A DNA stretch of 64,000 bases from Escherichia coli (GCF_009931435.1 NZ_CP043414.1), one strand, 5' to 3'; shown: positions 43,445 through 56,176, counted from the first letter of the stretch. The notes: generated from the sequence alone by a model not told the origin. Program-made: numbers and translations.

Positions 43445-43523
43445 GCCACTGCTTTTCTTTGATGTCCCCATTTTGTGGAGCCCATCAACCCCGCCATTTT
43501 GGTTCAAGGTTGGTGGGTTTTTT
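43445..43523 (+). ncRNA. rybB: RybB small RNA (sigma-E-dependent, Hfq-binding)
   Basis: GCCACTGCTTTTCTTTGATGTCCCCATTTTGTGGAGCCCATCAACCCCGCCATTTTGGTTCAAGGTTGGTGGGTTTTTT matches recalled RybB including the terminator hairpin and U-tail; lies between ybjL and rcdA as expected. Confidence 0.88.
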
Positions 43524-43542
43524 GTTATCTAAAATTTATCTA

Positions 43543-44079
43543 CTACCCTGCAACCCTCTCAACCATCCTCAAAATCTCCTCGCGCGATAGCGGCTTACGG
43601 TCGGTGACAAAATGCAGCGTCATCCCCTCAATAAACGCATCAAGCGCGCGGGCGGTTCCGGGTTCAAACCATTGTTCGAGCGTTTGCTGACTGCGCTGCA
43701 TCCAGTTTTGCATTACCGTTTTTAATAGCGGTTTTCGGCTAGCCAGCGCGTAGAGCTGGTACATCAGCTCCATGTTATCCGGCGTTGCAACCTGTGAGCT
43801 GTAGATCATATCGGTGATAGCCTGGCATGCGCCCGGAGCATCACTAACATCGCTAAAAAATGCCTGATATTGCCGGGACATGATCTCAGTAAAACTGCTG
43901 AACGCCTCCAGCAACAACTCATCAATTCCTGAAAAATAGTAGGTCATCGACCCCAACGGTACCCCGGCAAGGGTAGCAATTTTGCGGTGCGTAACGGCAT
44001 GTATTCCGTAAAGTTTCACCGCCTCCAGCGTGGCCTGGATAATTTTTTCTCGCCGTTGCGGATCGTTAGCGCGACGCAT
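43543..44079 (-). CDS. rcdA: TetR-family transcriptional regulator RcdA (YbjK)
   Basis: 178-aa product from ATG 44079 ([21 protein letters not shown]...), N-terminal HTH. Confidence 0.85.
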
Positions 44080-44162
44080 GTCATTTCCTCTCTCTGCAAT
44101 TGTGTACAAATGTACACAACCTTGCTAATGTTGTCTTCCCTCTTCTTATTTTGACGTGATCT

Positions 44163-45371
44163 ATGACCGTAAATTCTTCACGTAATGCATTGAAACGCCG
44201 AACCTGGGCGCTGTTTATGTTCTTCTTTTTGCCGGGCCTGTTAATGGCGTCCTGGGCAACTCGTACACCTGCTATCCGCGATATTCTTTCTGTTTCGATC
44301 GCTGAAATGGGCGGAGTCCTCTTTGGTCTGTCGATCGGTTCAATGAGCGGTATTCTCTGCTCGGCGTGGTTAGTGAAACGCTTTGGGACGCGTAATGTCA
44401 TCCTGGTCACGATGTCCTGCGCATTGCTCGGGATGATGATATTAAGCCTGGCGCTCTGGCTGACATCGCCCGTGCTCTTTGCCGTTGGTCTCGGCGTCTT
44501 TGGGGCTAGTTTTGGTTCTGCAGAAGTGGCGATAAACGTTGAGGGTGCCGCCGTTGAGCGAGAAATGAATAAAACGGTTTTACCGATGATGCACGGTTTT
44601 TATAGCCTGGGCACGCTGGCAGGCGCTGGTGTCGGGATGGCACTGACGGCCTTTGGCGTTCCGGCAACGGTGCATATTTTATTGGCGGCGCTGGTAGGCA
44701 TCGCGCCTATTTATATCGCCATTCAGGCAATCCCTGACGGTACGGGCAAAAATGCTGCCGATGGCACCCAGCATGGTGAAAAAGGCGTACCTTTTTATCG
44801 GGATATCCAGTTGCTGCTGATTGGTGTTGTGGTACTGGCGATGGCCTTTGCCGAAGGTTCTGCCAACGACTGGTTACCCTTATTAATGGTTGACGGTCAC
44901 GGTTTTAGCCCTACTTCCGGCTCGCTGATTTATGCCGGTTTTACCCTGGGGATGACTGTTGGACGCTTTACCGGCGGTTGGTTCATCGACCGTTATAGTC
45001 GCGTTGCCGTGGTTCGGGCCAGTGCACTGATGGGAGCGTTGGGTATTGGGCTGATTATTTTTGTCGATAGCGCCTGGGTCGCTGGGGTGTCTGTTGTACT
45101 TTGGGGACTGGGTGCCTCGCTGGGCTTCCCGCTGACCATTTCTGCCGCCAGCGATACCGGACCCGATGCACCAACCCGCGTCAGCGTAGTGGCAACGACC
45201 GGTTATCTGGCTTTCCTCGTCGGGCCTCCGCTACTGGGCTATCTCGGCGAACATTATGGATTACGTAGTGCAATGTTGGTTGTACTGGCGCTGGTTATTC
45301 TTGCGGCTATTGTCGCGAAAGCCGTCGCCAAACCCGATACCCAAACGCAGACGGCGATGGAGAATAGTTGA
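44163..45371 (+). CDS. ybjJ: MFS transporter YbjJ
   Basis: 402-aa 12-TM-like ORF. Confidence 0.85.
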   Translation: MTVNSSRNALKRRTWALFMFFFLPGLLMASWATRTPAIRDILSVSIAEMGGVLFGLSIGSMSGILCSAWLVKRFGTRNVILVTMSCALLGMMILSLALWLTSPVLFAVGLGVFGASFGSAEVAINVEGAAVEREMNKTVLPMMHGFYSLGTLAGAGVGMALTAFGVPATVHILLAALVGIAPIYIAIQAIPDGTGKNAADGTQHGEKGVPFYRDIQLLLIGVVVLAMAFAEGSANDWLPLLMVDGHGFSPTSGSLIYAGFTLGMTVGRFTGGWFIDRYSRVAVVRASALMGALGIGLIIFVDSAWVAGVSVVLWGLGASLGFPLTISAASDTGPDAPTRVSVVATTGYLAFLVGPPLLGYLGEHYGLRSAMLVVLALVILAAIVAKAVAKPDTQTQTAMENS

Positions 45372-46186
45372 TGAGCATTAAATTAATTGCGGTAGACATG
45401 GATGGTACTTTCTTAAGCGATCAAAAAACCTATAACCGTGAGCGGTTTATGGCTCAGTATCAGCAGATGAAAGCACAAGGCATTCGCTTTGTGGTCGCCA
45501 GCGGGAATCAATATTATCAGTTGATCTCTTTCTTCCCTGAAATTGCTAATGAAATTGCCTTTGTGGCAGAAAACGGCGGTTGGGTAGTGAGCGAAGGCAA
45601 AGATGTTTTTAATGGCGAGCTGTCGAAGGATGCGTTTGCTACTGTCGTGGAACATTTGCTGACGCGCCCGGAAGTGGAAATTATTGCCTGCGGAAAAAAT
45701 AGCGCCTATACCCTCAAAAAATATGACGATGCCATGAAAACGGTGGCGGAAATGTATTATCACCGTCTGGAATACGTCGATAACTTTGATAATTTAGAAG
45801 ATATCTTCTTTAAGTTTGGCCTGAATCTTTCCGATGAACTGATTCCACAAGTGCAAAAAGCATTACATGAGACCATCGGCGATATTATGGTGCCGGTCCA
45901 CACCGGCAACGGCAGCATCGATCTGATTATCCCCGGCGTACATAAAGCGAATGGCCTGCGCCAACTTCAGAAATTATGGGGAATAGACGACAGCGAAGTG
46001 GTGGTCTTCGGCGATGGTGGTAACGATATTGAGATGCTGCGTCAGGCAGGCTTTAGTTTTGCGATGGAAAATGCCGGCAGCGCGGTCGTCGCAGCGGCAA
46101 AATACCGGGCAGGCTCCAATAATCATGAAGGTGTACTGGATGTGATCGATAAAGTTCTTAAACACGAAGCGCCTTTTGATCAATAA
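45371..46186 (+). CDS. ybjI: HAD-family (Cof-type) phosphatase YbjI
   Basis: 271-aa product from ATG 45371 (TGATG overlap with ybjJ); HAD motif I VDMDGT; ORF-track start 45368 is TTG. Confidence 0.85.
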   Translation: MSIKLIAVDMDGTFLSDQKTYNRERFMAQYQQMKAQGIRFVVASGNQYYQLISFFPEIANEIAFVAENGGWVVSEGKDVFNGELSKDAFATVVEHLLTRPEVEIIACGKNSAYTLKKYDDAMKTVAEMYYHRLEYVDNFDNLEDIFFKFGLNLSDELIPQVQKALHETIGDIMVPVHTGNGSIDLIIPGVHKANGLRQLQKLWGIDDSEVVVFGDGGNDIEMLRQAGFSFAMENAGSAVVAAAKYRAGSNNHEGVLDVIDKVLKHEAPFDQ

Positions 46187-46271
46187 AAACGGTAGCACGC
46201 CCGGCAACACAAAGCCTGAATGCAGGCTGCATAATTCGCGGAAATTAACCCGCTGCATTATTTCAGGCGAA

Positions 46272-46556
46272 ATGATTATGAAAAATTGTCTACTGTTGGG
46301 CGCGCTTTTAATGGGCTTTACTGGTGTGGCGATGGCGCAAAGTGTCACCGTCGATGTGCCGAGTGGATACAAAGTGGTTGTGGTTCCTGATTCAGTCAGC
46401 GTTCCACAAGCAGTCAGCGTCGCGACTGTGCCGCAAACCGTCTATGTGGCTCCTGCGCCAGCTCCGGCTTACCGCCCGCATCCGTATGTTCGCCATCTTG
46501 CCAGCGTAGGTGAAGGGATGGTTATCGAACACCAGATTGATGACCATCACCATTAA
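46272..46556 (+). CDS. ybjH: small secreted protein YbjH
   Basis: 94-aa product from ATG 46272 with signal peptide MIMKNCLLLGALLMGFTGVAMA. Confidence 0.75.
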   Translation: MIMKNCLLLGALLMGFTGVAMAQSVTVDVPSGYKVVVVPDSVSVPQAVSVATVPQTVYVAPAPAPAYRPHPYVRHLASVGEGMVIEHQIDDHHH

Positions 46557-46563
46557 TTTGAAA

Positions 46564-46598
46564 ATGCCTGATTGCTTTGCGCAACCAGGCATTTTTTT
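46564..46598. terminator. bidirectional hairpin terminator between convergent ybjH and mdfA
   Basis: aatgcctg...caggcatt stem followed by T7 on the plus strand. Confidence 0.6.
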
Positions 46599-47829
46599 AC
46601 CCTTCGTGCGAATTACCCATCTGTTTATCTTTTAAAAAGATAACCATCAGCAGCAGCCACAAAATCCCGTTGGCAAGGTTGAAGAGATTAAACAGGCCGT
46701 TGCCCCCATTCAGCCAGGCATGTTTGCTGATTTCAATACCGACGGTAAAAATAAGCATTTGCAACATTCCCATCGCCGCAGAAACCGTACCTTTACTCAT
46801 ATCGCTGGCAAACAGGGTCAATCGCACCAATCCCGCATTCGCCAGGCCAATACCGAAAGCATAAATACTTAACCCGGCGGTCATCCACAAATACGCGTGC
46901 GATGAGATAACCGTTGCCGCAGCAGCGACCAACAGGCCAATCATAATCGGCCAGCCGCCCATAATAATCAATGAACGTACGGTGCGGCGCGAGGTCAGAC
47001 GCGCTAGCAGCAAGTTACCCGCAATTAATGCCCCGAAAATAGGCACTTGCAGCAAGCCATATTCATAGCTACTCAACTGCTCGCCGGTAATGATGATAAT
47101 CGGCGACTGGGCGATCCACGCCAGCAACGGCAGGCTAACGAATCCCAGCGCCAGTGCCCCTGCCACAAAGCGACCGTTCTTCAGCACCAGCTTATAGTCA
47201 CGACCGAGTTCTTTCAGCGACAGTTTCTCGCCTATACGCGTCGCGGTTTCAGGCATGGCTCGTTGCAGACCGAAAAAGGAGATCGCTGCCAATGCGGCAA
47301 ACAAAACAAACATCCCCTCCCAGGGCAGCACATGGATCCACGCCGCGCCCACCAGCGGACCAAGTAGCGGAGCAATCAGCGCCACGTTCGCCATCAGCGC
47401 GGTGATCTTGATACAAACCGCCTCTTCGAAGGACTCCTGAATTGCGGCGTAACCCACAGCGCCAATGAAACAGAGGCTTATGCCCTGCAAGAAGCGCAAC
47501 AGCGTGAATTGTTCAATGTTTTGCGCCAGTAATATCGCCAGACAAGTGATGATAAACCACACTACTCCCGCCAGCATCACCGGACGGCGACCAATACGAT
47601 CCGACAGTGGTCCCAGCAGCCACTGTAAAAACATCCCGCCCGCCAGATACGCGGTCATCGAAGTAGGAACCCAATCAATGCCCGCCTGATATTGTTCCAC
47701 CACGGCCAACATACCGGGTTGAATCATATCGTTGCCGATATAGGTTGAAAATTCGTAAAGCACCAGACAGAGAGGGAAAAGTAACGCCTGACGTCCAAGC
47801 CTGGCACCGGAAGCTAATCTATTTTGCAT
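46597..47829 (-). CDS. mdfA: MFS multidrug efflux transporter MdfA
   Basis: 410-aa product from ATG 47829 ([21 protein letters not shown]...). Confidence 0.93.
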   Translation of the reverse strand: MQNRLASGARLGRQALLFPLCLVLYEFSTYIGNDMIQPGMLAVVEQYQAGIDWVPTSMTAYLAGGMFLQWLLGPLSDRIGRRPVMLAGVVWFIITCLAILLAQNIEQFTLLRFLQGISLCFIGAVGYAAIQESFEEAVCIKITALMANVALIAPLLGPLVGAAWIHVLPWEGMFVLFAALAAISFFGLQRAMPETATRIGEKLSLKELGRDYKLVLKNGRFVAGALALGFVSLPLLAWIAQSPIIIITGEQLSSYEYGLLQVPIFGALIAGNLLLARLTSRRTVRSLIIMGGWPIMIGLLVAAAATVISSHAYLWMTAGLSIYAFGIGLANAGLVRLTLFASDMSKGTVSAAMGMLQMLIFTVGIEISKHAWLNGGNGLFNLFNLANGILWLLLMVIFLKDKQMGNSHEG

Positions 47830-48114
47830 GCAATTTCTTCGCCAATAATAATCGCGCAAAGTTTAATAAAAGCGCAGCTAACGAGAAAGCGAATTTTGTA
47901 GCTGAAACTTCGGTTAAGCACATTCTTACATTATTGCGAGTATAGCTACGCTTTCTTTAAGTTTTATTTAACCTATGCTCGTTACAATCAGCCACCGTAA
48001 ACAGGGCCGCTTGAGGGAAATAAGACGATGCCGCTTTACCCAGTTTAACCTGCACTTTATTCTCAACGACTTGCCTGTATTGGCTCCCTTTTAATCACTT
48101 TGCGTCGGGAAGTT

Positions 48115-48711
48115 ATGCTGGAAAATTTGAATCTCTCTCTATTCTCTCTTATTAACGCGACGCCAGACTCTGCGCCGTGGATGATCTCGTTGGCGATTTT
48201 TATTGCTAAAGATTTGATTACCGTGGTGCCGCTGCTGGCCGCAGTACTTTGGTTGTGGGGGCTTACAGCACAACGGCAACTGGTGATAAAAATCGCAATC
48301 GCGCTAGTCGTCAGCCTGTTAGTGTCCTGGACGATGGGGCATCTTTTCCCACACGACCGACCCTTTGTCGAGAATATCGGCTATAACTTCCTGCATCATG
48401 CGGCGGATGACTCATTCCCGAGCGATCACGGTACGGTGATTTTCACCTTTGCACTGGCATTTTTATGCTGGCATCGCCTGTGGTCCGGCTCACTTTTAAT
48501 GGTGCTGGCCGTCGTCATTGCCTGGTCGCGCGTTTATCTTGGCGTCCACTGGCCGCTGGATATGCTCGGTGGATTGCTGGCAGGTATGATTGGCTGCCTT
48601 AGCGCCCAGATTATCTGGCAAGCGATGGGGCATAAACTCTATCAACGTCTGCAATCGTGGTATCGTTTCTGTTTTGCATTACCGATCCGCAAAGGCTGGG
48701 TGCGTGACTGA
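48115..48711 (+). CDS. ybjG: undecaprenyl-pyrophosphate phosphatase YbjG (PAP2 family)
   Basis: 198-aa product from ATG 48115; PAP2 motifs PSDH and SRVYLGVHWPLD. Confidence 0.9.
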   Translation: MLENLNLSLFSLINATPDSAPWMISLAIFIAKDLITVVPLLAAVLWLWGLTAQRQLVIKIAIALVVSLLVSWTMGHLFPHDRPFVENIGYNFLHHAADDSFPSDHGTVIFTFALAFLCWHRLWSGSLLMVLAVVIAWSRVYLGVHWPLDMLGGLLAGMIGCLSAQIIWQAMGHKLYQRLQSWYRFCFALPIRKGWVRD

Positions 48712-48768
48712 TCTCTGCTAAAAAGTGTAGTATTGAGCGGCTCGCTTCAATAACTATTCAGAGGGATT

Positions 48769-49527
48769 ATGGAAACACGTCGCGAAGAGCGTATCGGGCA
48801 GCTGCTGCAAGAATTAAAACGCAGCGATAAGTTACATCTTAAAGACGCCGCCGCCCTGCTTGGGGTTTCGGAGATGACGATTCGTCGCGATCTGAATAAC
48901 CACAGCGCCCCCGTCGTTTTGCTTGGCGGCTATATTGTTCTGGAACCGCGCAGCGCCAGCCATTATCTGTTAAGCGATCAAAAATCCCGTCTGGTAGAGG
49001 AAAAACGCCGGGCGGCAAAACTGGCTGCGACGCTGGTAGAACCCGATCAGACCCTCTTTTTTGACTGTGGCACCACCACACCGTGGATTATTGAAGCGAT
49101 TGATAATGAAATCCCTTTTACCGCCATTTGTTATTCGCTAAATACCTTTCTGGCACTGAAAGAGAAACCTCATTGCCGCGCGTTTCTTTGCGGTGGTGAA
49201 TTTCACGCCAGCAACGCCATTTTCAAACCCATCGATTTTCAGCAAACGCTGAATAATTTTTGCCCGGATATCGCTTTTTATTCCGCGGCGGGGGTGCATG
49301 TCAGTAAGGGCGCTACCTGTTTTAATCTTGAAGAGTTGCCGGTAAAACACTGGGCCATGTCGATGGCGCAAAAGCATGTGCTGGTTGTCGACCACAGTAA
49401 ATTTGGCAAGGTGCGTCCGGCGCGCATGGGTGACCTGAAACGCTTTGACATTGTGGTGAGCGATTGTTGCCCGGAAGATGAGTATGTGAAGTACGCGCAG
49501 ACGCAGCGTATTAAGTTGATGTATTAA
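48769..49527 (+). CDS. deoR: DeoR transcriptional repressor
   Basis: 252 aa; N-terminal HTH LLGVSEMTIRRDL. Confidence 0.93.
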   Translation: METRREERIGQLLQELKRSDKLHLKDAAALLGVSEMTIRRDLNNHSAPVVLLGGYIVLEPRSASHYLLSDQKSRLVEEKRRAAKLAATLVEPDQTLFFDCGTTTPWIIEAIDNEIPFTAICYSLNTFLALKEKPHCRAFLCGGEFHASNAIFKPIDFQQTLNNFCPDIAFYSAAGVHVSKGATCFNLEELPVKHWAMSMAQKHVLVVDHSKFGKVRPARMGDLKRFDIVVSDCCPEDEYVKYAQTQRIKLMY

Positions 49528-49574
49528 TGATGCATAACCGGATGACGTTTCCACGCCATCCGGTTATCACAAAA

Positions 49575-50777
49575 TCAAGAGAACCAGCTGCCGAACCACT
49601 GATGGAATTTCATCATCACGAAATCCCACATCCGACCAAAGAATCCACCCTCTTCCACATTTTCCATCACGATCAGCGGGCGCTGTTCAATGGATTTACC
49701 GTTAAGCTGGAAATCAATGGTGCCGACAACCTGACCTTTTTTCAGCGGTGCGGTAAGCTGCGGTTCCGTTAACGTATAACTCGCTTTCAGGTTTTTCAGC
49801 TGCCCACGCGGTATGGTCACGGATCCCGCTTCGCCTGCCCCGAGATTCACTTCGCTCTTATCACCAAACCAGACGCGCTGAGTCACAAAGGTGGCATCAG
49901 GTTTAATTGGCGTCACGGTTTCAAAGAAGCGGAAACCCCAGGTCAATAATTTCTCAGACTCATTAAAACGGATACGGTCAGTTTTCGCCCCCAGCACTAC
50001 GGAGATTAAACGCATATCGCCCTGGGTAGCCGAAGCAACCAGATTATATCCCGCGCCTGCCGTGGTTCCTGTCTTCATGCCATCAACATTCAGATTGCTG
50101 CTCCATAGCAGACGGTTACGGTTAGGCTGACGAATTTTGTTGAAGGTGAACTCTTTCTCTTTATGAATGGCGTACTCTTCTGGCACATCGTGAATCAGTG
50201 CTTTACCCAGCAATGCCATATCGCGCGCGGTACTGAACTGCCCCGGCGCATCCAGACCGTGCACCGTCTGGAAGGTCGTGTTGGTCAGCCCCAGTTTTTT
50301 GGCATAACCATTCATCAAACCAATAAATGACTCCTGGCTCCCGGCAACGTAATCAGCCAGCGCAATACAGGCGTCATTACCGGACTGGATAATCACGCCT
50401 TTGTTCAAGTCTGCCACCGAAACCTGATCGCCTGGTTTGAGGAACATTACCGACGAACCACGCAGTGCCGGGTTTCCCGTCGCCCAGGCATCTTTACCGA
50501 CCGTCACCATATCGGTGAGTTTAATCTTATCGGCCTTAAGCGCCTGCCCAACCACATAGCTGGTCATGATTTTAGTCAGGCTCGCGGGGTCCAGTTTCTC
50601 ATCCGCATTGCCTTCTGCCAGCACTTTACCGCTGGCGTAATCCATTAAAATCCATGCACGCGCATCCACGCTCGGCGCTTCAACGGTTTGTTCCGCCGCG
50701 AATGCCGTTGGGGCAAAAAGGAATAAAAATGCAGAACCCGCTGCAAGACCACGAAGGAGAGAGGAGTATTGCGTCAT
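49575..50777 (-). CDS. dacC: D-alanyl-D-alanine carboxypeptidase DacC (PBP6)
   Basis: 400-aa product from ATG 50777; active-site motifs SLTK, SGND, KTGT. Confidence 0.93.
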   Translation of the reverse strand: MTQYSSLLRGLAAGSAFLFLFAPTAFAAEQTVEAPSVDARAWILMDYASGKVLAEGNADEKLDPASLTKIMTSYVVGQALKADKIKLTDMVTVGKDAWATGNPALRGSSVMFLKPGDQVSVADLNKGVIIQSGNDACIALADYVAGSQESFIGLMNGYAKKLGLTNTTFQTVHGLDAPGQFSTARDMALLGKALIHDVPEEYAIHKEKEFTFNKIRQPNRNRLLWSSNLNVDGMKTGTTAGAGYNLVASATQGDMRLISVVLGAKTDRIRFNESEKLLTWGFRFFETVTPIKPDATFVTQRVWFGDKSEVNLGAGEAGSVTIPRGQLKNLKASYTLTEPQLTAPLKKGQVVGTIDFQLNGKSIEQRPLIVMENVEEGGFFGRMWDFVMMKFHQWFGSWFS

Positions 50778-51023
50778 AAATGCCACCCGAGTATCCATTC
50801 AAAAAAAATACGTTATATCGCCGTATGATAAGTTCGGTGATTAATAACGCACACACAAACTTAAAGAAACCGTAAGTTGGTAAAGTTTTTAAAGTTTATG
50901 CAATATCCTGCCGCTTCGCTGCTTCTGCCGTCATTTTTTTGCCAGCTGTTGCTTAAAAGTTAACTTTACTTCACCATCAAAGTCCTGTTCAGCCTGTGGC
51001 TGCCTGTCGGAAAAGGAGTAAGT

Positions 51024-51650
51024 ATGATTACGCTGTGGGGTCGGAATAATTCAACCAACGTAAAAAAAGTATTGCTGACGCTCGAAGAACTGGAACTACC
51101 TTATGAGCAAATTCTCGCGGGCCGTGAGTTTGGGGTAAACCACGATGCTGATTTTCTGGCGATGAACCCTAACGGGCTGGTGCCGTTATTGCGTGACGAC
51201 GAAAGTGATCTCATTCTTTGGGAATCAAACGCCATTGTCCGCTATCTGGCGGCACAGTATGGGCAAAACCGCCTGTGGATCGACTCACCGGCACGCCGTG
51301 CAGAAGCGGAAAAATGGATGGACTGGGCAAACCAGACGCTCAGTAATGCCCATCGCGGGATCCTGATGGGATTAGTCAGAACACCACCGGAAGAGCGCGA
51401 TCAGGCCGCCATTGATGCCAGTTGCAAAGAGTGCGACGCCCTGTTTGCCCTGCTCGATGCGGAACTGGCAAAAGTAAAATGGTTCTCTGGCGACGAGTTT
51501 GGTGTGGGCGATATCGCTATCGCTCCGTTCATCTACAATTTATTTAACGTTGGCCTGACCTGGACACCGCGTCCAAATCTGCAACGCTGGTATCAGCAAC
51601 TCACTGAACGCCCCGCAGTGCGCAAAGTGGTGATGATCCCCGTTAGCTAA
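51024..51650 (+). CDS. gstB: glutathione S-transferase GstB
   Basis: 208-aa GST-fold ORF. Confidence 0.9.
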   Translation: MITLWGRNNSTNVKKVLLTLEELELPYEQILAGREFGVNHDADFLAMNPNGLVPLLRDDESDLILWESNAIVRYLAAQYGQNRLWIDSPARRAEAEKWMDWANQTLSNAHRGILMGLVRTPPEERDQAAIDASCKECDALFALLDAELAKVKWFSGDEFGVGDIAIAPFIYNLFNVGLTWTPRPNLQRWYQQLTERPAVRKVVMIPVS

Positions 51651-52762
51651 TTGCGTGGGCTAACTTTAAGTAATTCCCCACTGGACTCGTCGGTGAGAAC
51701 GTATAAATAACCGTCGGGTCCAGTGCGAACATCACGAATTCGCTGCCCTCTGTCCGTTAAAATACGGCCATCTTCTGTCACTTTGTCGCCGTTGACGCTC
51801 ATCACAATGACATCTTTATCTTTCAGCGCGCCAATAAATAATTTTTGCTGCCACTGGGGGAATTTATCGCTGTTATAGAAGGCCATGCCGCTCACGGCGG
51901 GCGAATCTTTCCAGTAAAAAATAGGTTGCTCGGTCCCGGCGACGATCTCCCCTTTCGCTTCCGGTATTTTAAAGCCTGAATAATTGATTCCCCAGGTTGC
52001 CAGCGGCCAGCCGTAGTTTTTGCCTTTTTGCGGGATATTAATTTCATCACCACCGCGTGGGCCATGTTCATTCAGCCACAGTGCATTACTCCACGGATTC
52101 ATCGCCATTCCTTGCGGGTTACGAATACCATAAGACCAGATCTCGGCGCGTGCATCGGATCTCCTGGCAAAAGGATTATCATCCGGGATCTCGCCCTGGT
52201 CAGTAAGACGCACCAGTTTGCCCTGTAATTTATCCAGATCCTGCGCCGTCGGGCGCTGATTGTTTTCGCCCAGAGCAATAAAAAGATAACCTTTACCGTC
52301 GAATACCAGCCGCCCGCCAAAATGGTTGCCGGTAGACAGTTTTGGCATCTGGCGAAAGACGGTGCGGAAGTCGGTCACTTTTGAGAGATCATCACTTAAG
52401 CGGCCATAACCCACAGCAGTTCCGGCTTTGCCATCATCGCCAACTTCGGAATAACTTAACCAGATGCGGCGCGACTGGGCAAAATCAGGCGCTAAAGCCA
52501 CGTCCAGCAGACCGCCCTGCCCGTGCGCCCAAACTTCCGGCACTCCGGAAAGCGGCGCAGATAATCCTTTTCCTGCTTGCCAGTGACGCAACTCGCCGCC
52601 GCGCAGAGTGATTAACATACCGTGATTATCGGGTAAAAAGGCCAGCGCCCAGGGGTGATCGAGTTTGTCTTGCAGTACTTCGACATTTACCGTTGCAGGA
52701 GCTGCCCAGAGAGCAGAAGAAAGACAGATAAGGGGCACAAGGAAAAAGGATTGTCTCTGCAT
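51647..52762 (-). CDS. yliI: soluble aldose sugar dehydrogenase YliI
   Basis: 371 aa with signal peptide; sequence recalled as YliI (PQQ-dependent beta-propeller family by established knowledge). Confidence 0.9.
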   Translation of the reverse strand: MQRQSFFLVPLICLSSALWAAPATVNVEVLQDKLDHPWALAFLPDNHGMLITLRGGELRHWQAGKGLSAPLSGVPEVWAHGQGGLLDVALAPDFAQSRRIWLSYSEVGDDGKAGTAVGYGRLSDDLSKVTDFRTVFRQMPKLSTGNHFGGRLVFDGKGYLFIALGENNQRPTAQDLDKLQGKLVRLTDQGEIPDDNPFARRSDARAEIWSYGIRNPQGMAMNPWSNALWLNEHGPRGGDEINIPQKGKNYGWPLATWGINYSGFKIPEAKGEIVAGTEQPIFYWKDSPAVSGMAFYNSDKFPQWQQKLFIGALKDKDVIVMSVNGDKVTEDGRILTDRGQRIRDVRTGPDGYLYVLTDESSGELLKVSPRN

Positions 52763-52872
52763 AACGCCTCCAGATTGACTCTGGCTTAAAGCGTAGTCAG
52801 TGGAGGAGATAACAAATTCATTTTTACAAAAACTTAAACATGAAGGGGGAGACGCTTTCTCCCCCTTAGTTT

Positions 52873-53256
52873 TCAGGCCTTCTCAAGCATGGCGTGCTTC
52901 TGCAGGCTCTGGATACTCAGCGTTAAGCTCATCAGACAATTTTCAAGCTTATCGGCGTTGACGGTAATAACAGTCGGGCAATCATGGTGCCCACTCATCA
53001 AACATACTGCGGCTGTCGCTAATGCTTCTTCAGCATGATGAAGAGCACTCCACTCTTCCTGATCCAGATGAAGATTCAACCGCAGCGATTTATCGTGCAG
53101 TTCGCGATTCAGTTTAAAAAAGTTATCTCGTAGATGATTGCTTTCGCTGACGGACATGTATCCTTTTGCCTTCCTCAGTTGCACGTATGCAGCGAGGTCA
53201 ACGCGTGCGTCGATCAACCGGTTCAGCAGATCGATTCGCTGTCTGTCAACGAACAT
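52873..53256 (-). CDS. bssR: biofilm regulator BssR
   Basis: 127-aa product from ATG 53256 (MFVDRQRIDLLNRLIDARVD...), GAGGAGG Shine-Dalgarno upstream. Confidence 0.85.
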   Translation of the reverse strand: MFVDRQRIDLLNRLIDARVDLAAYVQLRKAKGYMSVSESNHLRDNFFKLNRELHDKSLRLNLHLDQEEWSALHHAEEALATAAVCLMSGHHDCPTVITVNADKLENCLMSLTLSIQSLQKHAMLEKA

Positions 53257-53468
53257 ACTTCGATCCTCCTCTTTCCAGCCTTGTTGCAATTAAATAGTAT
53301 GGCTATTTATTGAGCAAAATGCTGTCCAGGATCAATTCTTCACGCCGAATTAACAAAATTTACATTTCCTTCGCCTCCGCCAGCGAATGAGATTGCGATA
53401 CAAATTTTATCCAGAACTCTGTAGAATCCCTGCCCTGACCTTTCCTGTAACTGAATATTTTTTAAGCT

Positions 53469-54794
53469 ATGAGCAAAGTAACTCCCCAGCCGAAAATCGG
53501 CTTTGTTTCCCTTGGCTGTCCGAAAAACCTTGTCGATTCAGAGCGAATTCTCACCGAACTACGCACCGAAGGTTATGACGTGGTACCGAGCTATGACGAT
53601 GCGGACATGGTGATCGTCAATACCTGCGGCTTTATTGACAGCGCGGTACAAGAATCACTGGAAGCCATTGGCGAAGCGTTGAATGAAAACGGCAAGGTAA
53701 TTGTGACCGGTTGTCTGGGGGCGAAAGAAGATCAGATCCGCGAAGTCCACCCGAAAGTGCTGGAAATCACCGGGCCTCATAGCTATGAGCAGGTTCTTGA
53801 GCACGTTCATCACTACGTACCAAAACCGAAACACAACCCATTCCTGAGCCTGGTGCCAGAACAAGGTGTGAAACTGACGCCGCGTCATTATGCCTATCTG
53901 AAAATTTCTGAAGGCTGTAACCACCGCTGCACCTTCTGCATTATTCCGTCTATGCGCGGCGATCTGGTGAGCCGTCCGATTGGCGAAGTGTTAAGTGAAG
54001 CGAAACGTCTGGTTGATGCGGGCGTTAAAGAGATTCTGGTGATCTCGCAGGATACATCCGCCTATGGCGTCGATGTTAAACATCGTACTGGCTTCCACAA
54101 CGGCGAGCCGGTAAAAACCAGCATGGTCAGCCTGTGTGAACAGTTATCGAAACTGGGGATCTGGACACGTCTGCACTACGTTTACCCTTATCCACACGTG
54201 GACGACGTCATCCCACTGATGGCGGAAGGCAAAATCCTGCCGTATCTGGATATCCCGTTGCAACACGCCAGCCCGCGCATTCTCAAACTGATGAAGCGTC
54301 CGGGTTCTGTAGATCGCCAACTGGCGCGCATCAAACAGTGGCGCGAAATCTGCCCGGAACTGACCCTGCGCTCAACCTTTATTGTCGGCTTCCCTGGCGA
54401 GACGGAAGAAGATTTCCAGATGCTACTCGATTTCCTGAAAGAAGCACGTCTGGATCGCGTTGGCTGCTTTAAATACAGCCCGGTTGAAGGCGCAGATGCC
54501 AATGCCCTGCCTGACCAGGTTCCGGAAGAAGTGAAAGAAGAACGCTGGAACCGTTTCATGCAGCTACAGCAGCAGATTTCCGCCGAGCGCCTGCAAGAGA
54601 AAGTGGGCCGTGAAATTCTGGTGATTATCGACGAAGTGGACGAAGAAGGTGCGATTGGCCGCAGCATGGCAGATGCACCAGAAATCGACGGCGCGGTTTA
54701 TCTCAATGGTGAAACTAACGTTAAGCCGGGTGATATCCTGCGAGTGAAAGTCGAGCACGCCGATGAGTACGATTTGTGGGGTAGCCGGGTTTAA
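53469..54794 (+). CDS. rimO: ribosomal protein S12 methylthiotransferase RimO (radical SAM)
   Basis: 441 aa; radical-SAM CxxxCxxC (CNHRCTFC). Confidence 0.93.
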
Positions 54795-54840
54795 TTAATT
54801 CAGGCAGGGCAACATCATTTGCCCTGCCTGCTAATAATGA

Positions 54841-56169
54841 TTACTGCCAGCTAATCTGCGCCCTGCCGTTTTTCTTACTCTTATACAGCCGCTCATCCGC
54901 CAGCATTTTCAAACGTTCAACGGTGGTACATTCATTTGAATGCGCTACGCCGATACTGGTGCTCAAGTTAATACTCCCCACCTGGAAATGGACGATTTCT
55001 TTTAGAATCGATAGCAACTCCTCCAGCGTTCCGCCAGTATAAATCACCGCAAATTCGTCACCGCCGAAGCGGTAGACTTTACCTTTATCTACCGGGATCT
55101 GTGATTTAAGGATTTTCACCACTTTCATCAACACTTCATCGCCCAGCAAATGACCGAAGGTGTCGTTAATGTTTTTGAATTTATCGACATCAAAAAGACA
55201 CAGATAGCCCCCTTTTTCCGGCAGGGCTTTTAAATCTTCATCAAAGGATTTTCTGCCCATTGCTTTGGTCAGGTCGTCCAGAAACGCCGAGTTATACATA
55301 CTGTAGAGTTTTTTGACATCGGCAGCCGAGAAGAAAAGCCCACCGTCCAGGACGCGTTCAAAATGGTTATTAATAATGGCTTCTTTCTCCACAATGCCAC
55401 GATTAATCACTCTGCGCACCAGATAAAGGCAGCTAGCACCCGATATCACTGCCACCAATGCAGCAAAGAAAATAATCAACATACATACCTGAAAATAAAC
55501 GTCTTTTTTATACGAAAATACGTACAATCCGGTCGGCAAATAGGCGAAGTGCTCCATTGCTTCCGAAACGGTGAAGATGGCGTTTTTAGCATTATATTCA
55601 TCACCGGTCACCGGTTTACCGTTCTTAAACAGAGAGAACATCAGGTTCTCGCTATCCATCGCCAGCGATTTTGACAGTAAAGAAAAACGCTCCAGACCAA
55701 GCAAAAATATCAGACTGCGATTGTGAGTTACCGGATAGAGGTAATAGACGAAGGTTTTACCGTCAAAAGAGATAAACCCTGTATTTTTGACATGTCGATA
55801 CTTAACAACCTGCATAATATCTGCACAATAATTTTTCTCGAACTCCTTTACCTGAATACATTCGTCACTGGAAATCAGATAAGGACCGACATCGTACAAA
55901 TAAGAGGGTGAAACCGAGTCGGCGTAAGCTGTGCGCAAGCCAACCAACAGCTGTTCCTCCGTGGGATTTAGCGTGTTGATGAGATCAATTGCCACGCTAC
56001 GCCGATATTCAGCAATATTTGCCACCGCAAAAGCAGTATCAATAACGGACTGTTTCAGGCCATACACCCGTTCCTTTACCATTTGAGTGTAGATCCCGCA
56101 GGCAACTGCTGAAATCATGATAAAAATCAGCAGACTGACTGTAAGTACGAACTTATTGATTCTGGACAT
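54841..56169 (-). CDS. dgcI: membrane diguanylate cyclase DgcI (YliF)
   Basis: 442 aa; N-terminal TM/periplasmic region and C-terminal GGDEF motif (RFGGDEFAV). Confidence 0.85.
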   Translation of the reverse strand: MSRINKFVLTVSLLIFIMISAVACGIYTQMVKERVYGLKQSVIDTAFAVANIAEYRRSVAIDLINTLNPTEEQLLVGLRTAYADSVSPSYLYDVGPYLISSDECIQVKEFEKNYCADIMQVVKYRHVKNTGFISFDGKTFVYYLYPVTHNRSLIFLLGLERFSLLSKSLAMDSENLMFSLFKNGKPVTGDEYNAKNAIFTVSEAMEHFAYLPTGLYVFSYKKDVYFQVCMLIIFFAALVAVISGASCLYLVRRVINRGIVEKEAIINNHFERVLDGGLFFSAADVKKLYSMYNSAFLDDLTKAMGRKSFDEDLKALPEKGGYLCLFDVDKFKNINDTFGHLLGDEVLMKVVKILKSQIPVDKGKVYRFGGDEFAVIYTGGTLEELLSILKEIVHFQVGSINLSTSIGVAHSNECTTVERLKMLADERLYKSKKNGRAQISWQ

Positions 56170-56176
56170 ACGTAAA

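Noticed and set aside
43475-43690. 71-aa plus-strand ORF
   Set aside because: Overlaps the RybB sRNA and the rcdA 3' end on the opposite strand; better explained by those features.
47745-47945. 66-aa ORF in the mdfA-ybjG intergenic region
   Set aside because: No Shine-Dalgarno and lies in the mdfA promoter region; insufficient evidence for a small protein.
54188-54667. 159-aa minus-strand ORF
   Set aside because: Inside rimO on the opposite strand; Arg/Ser-rich shadow ORF.
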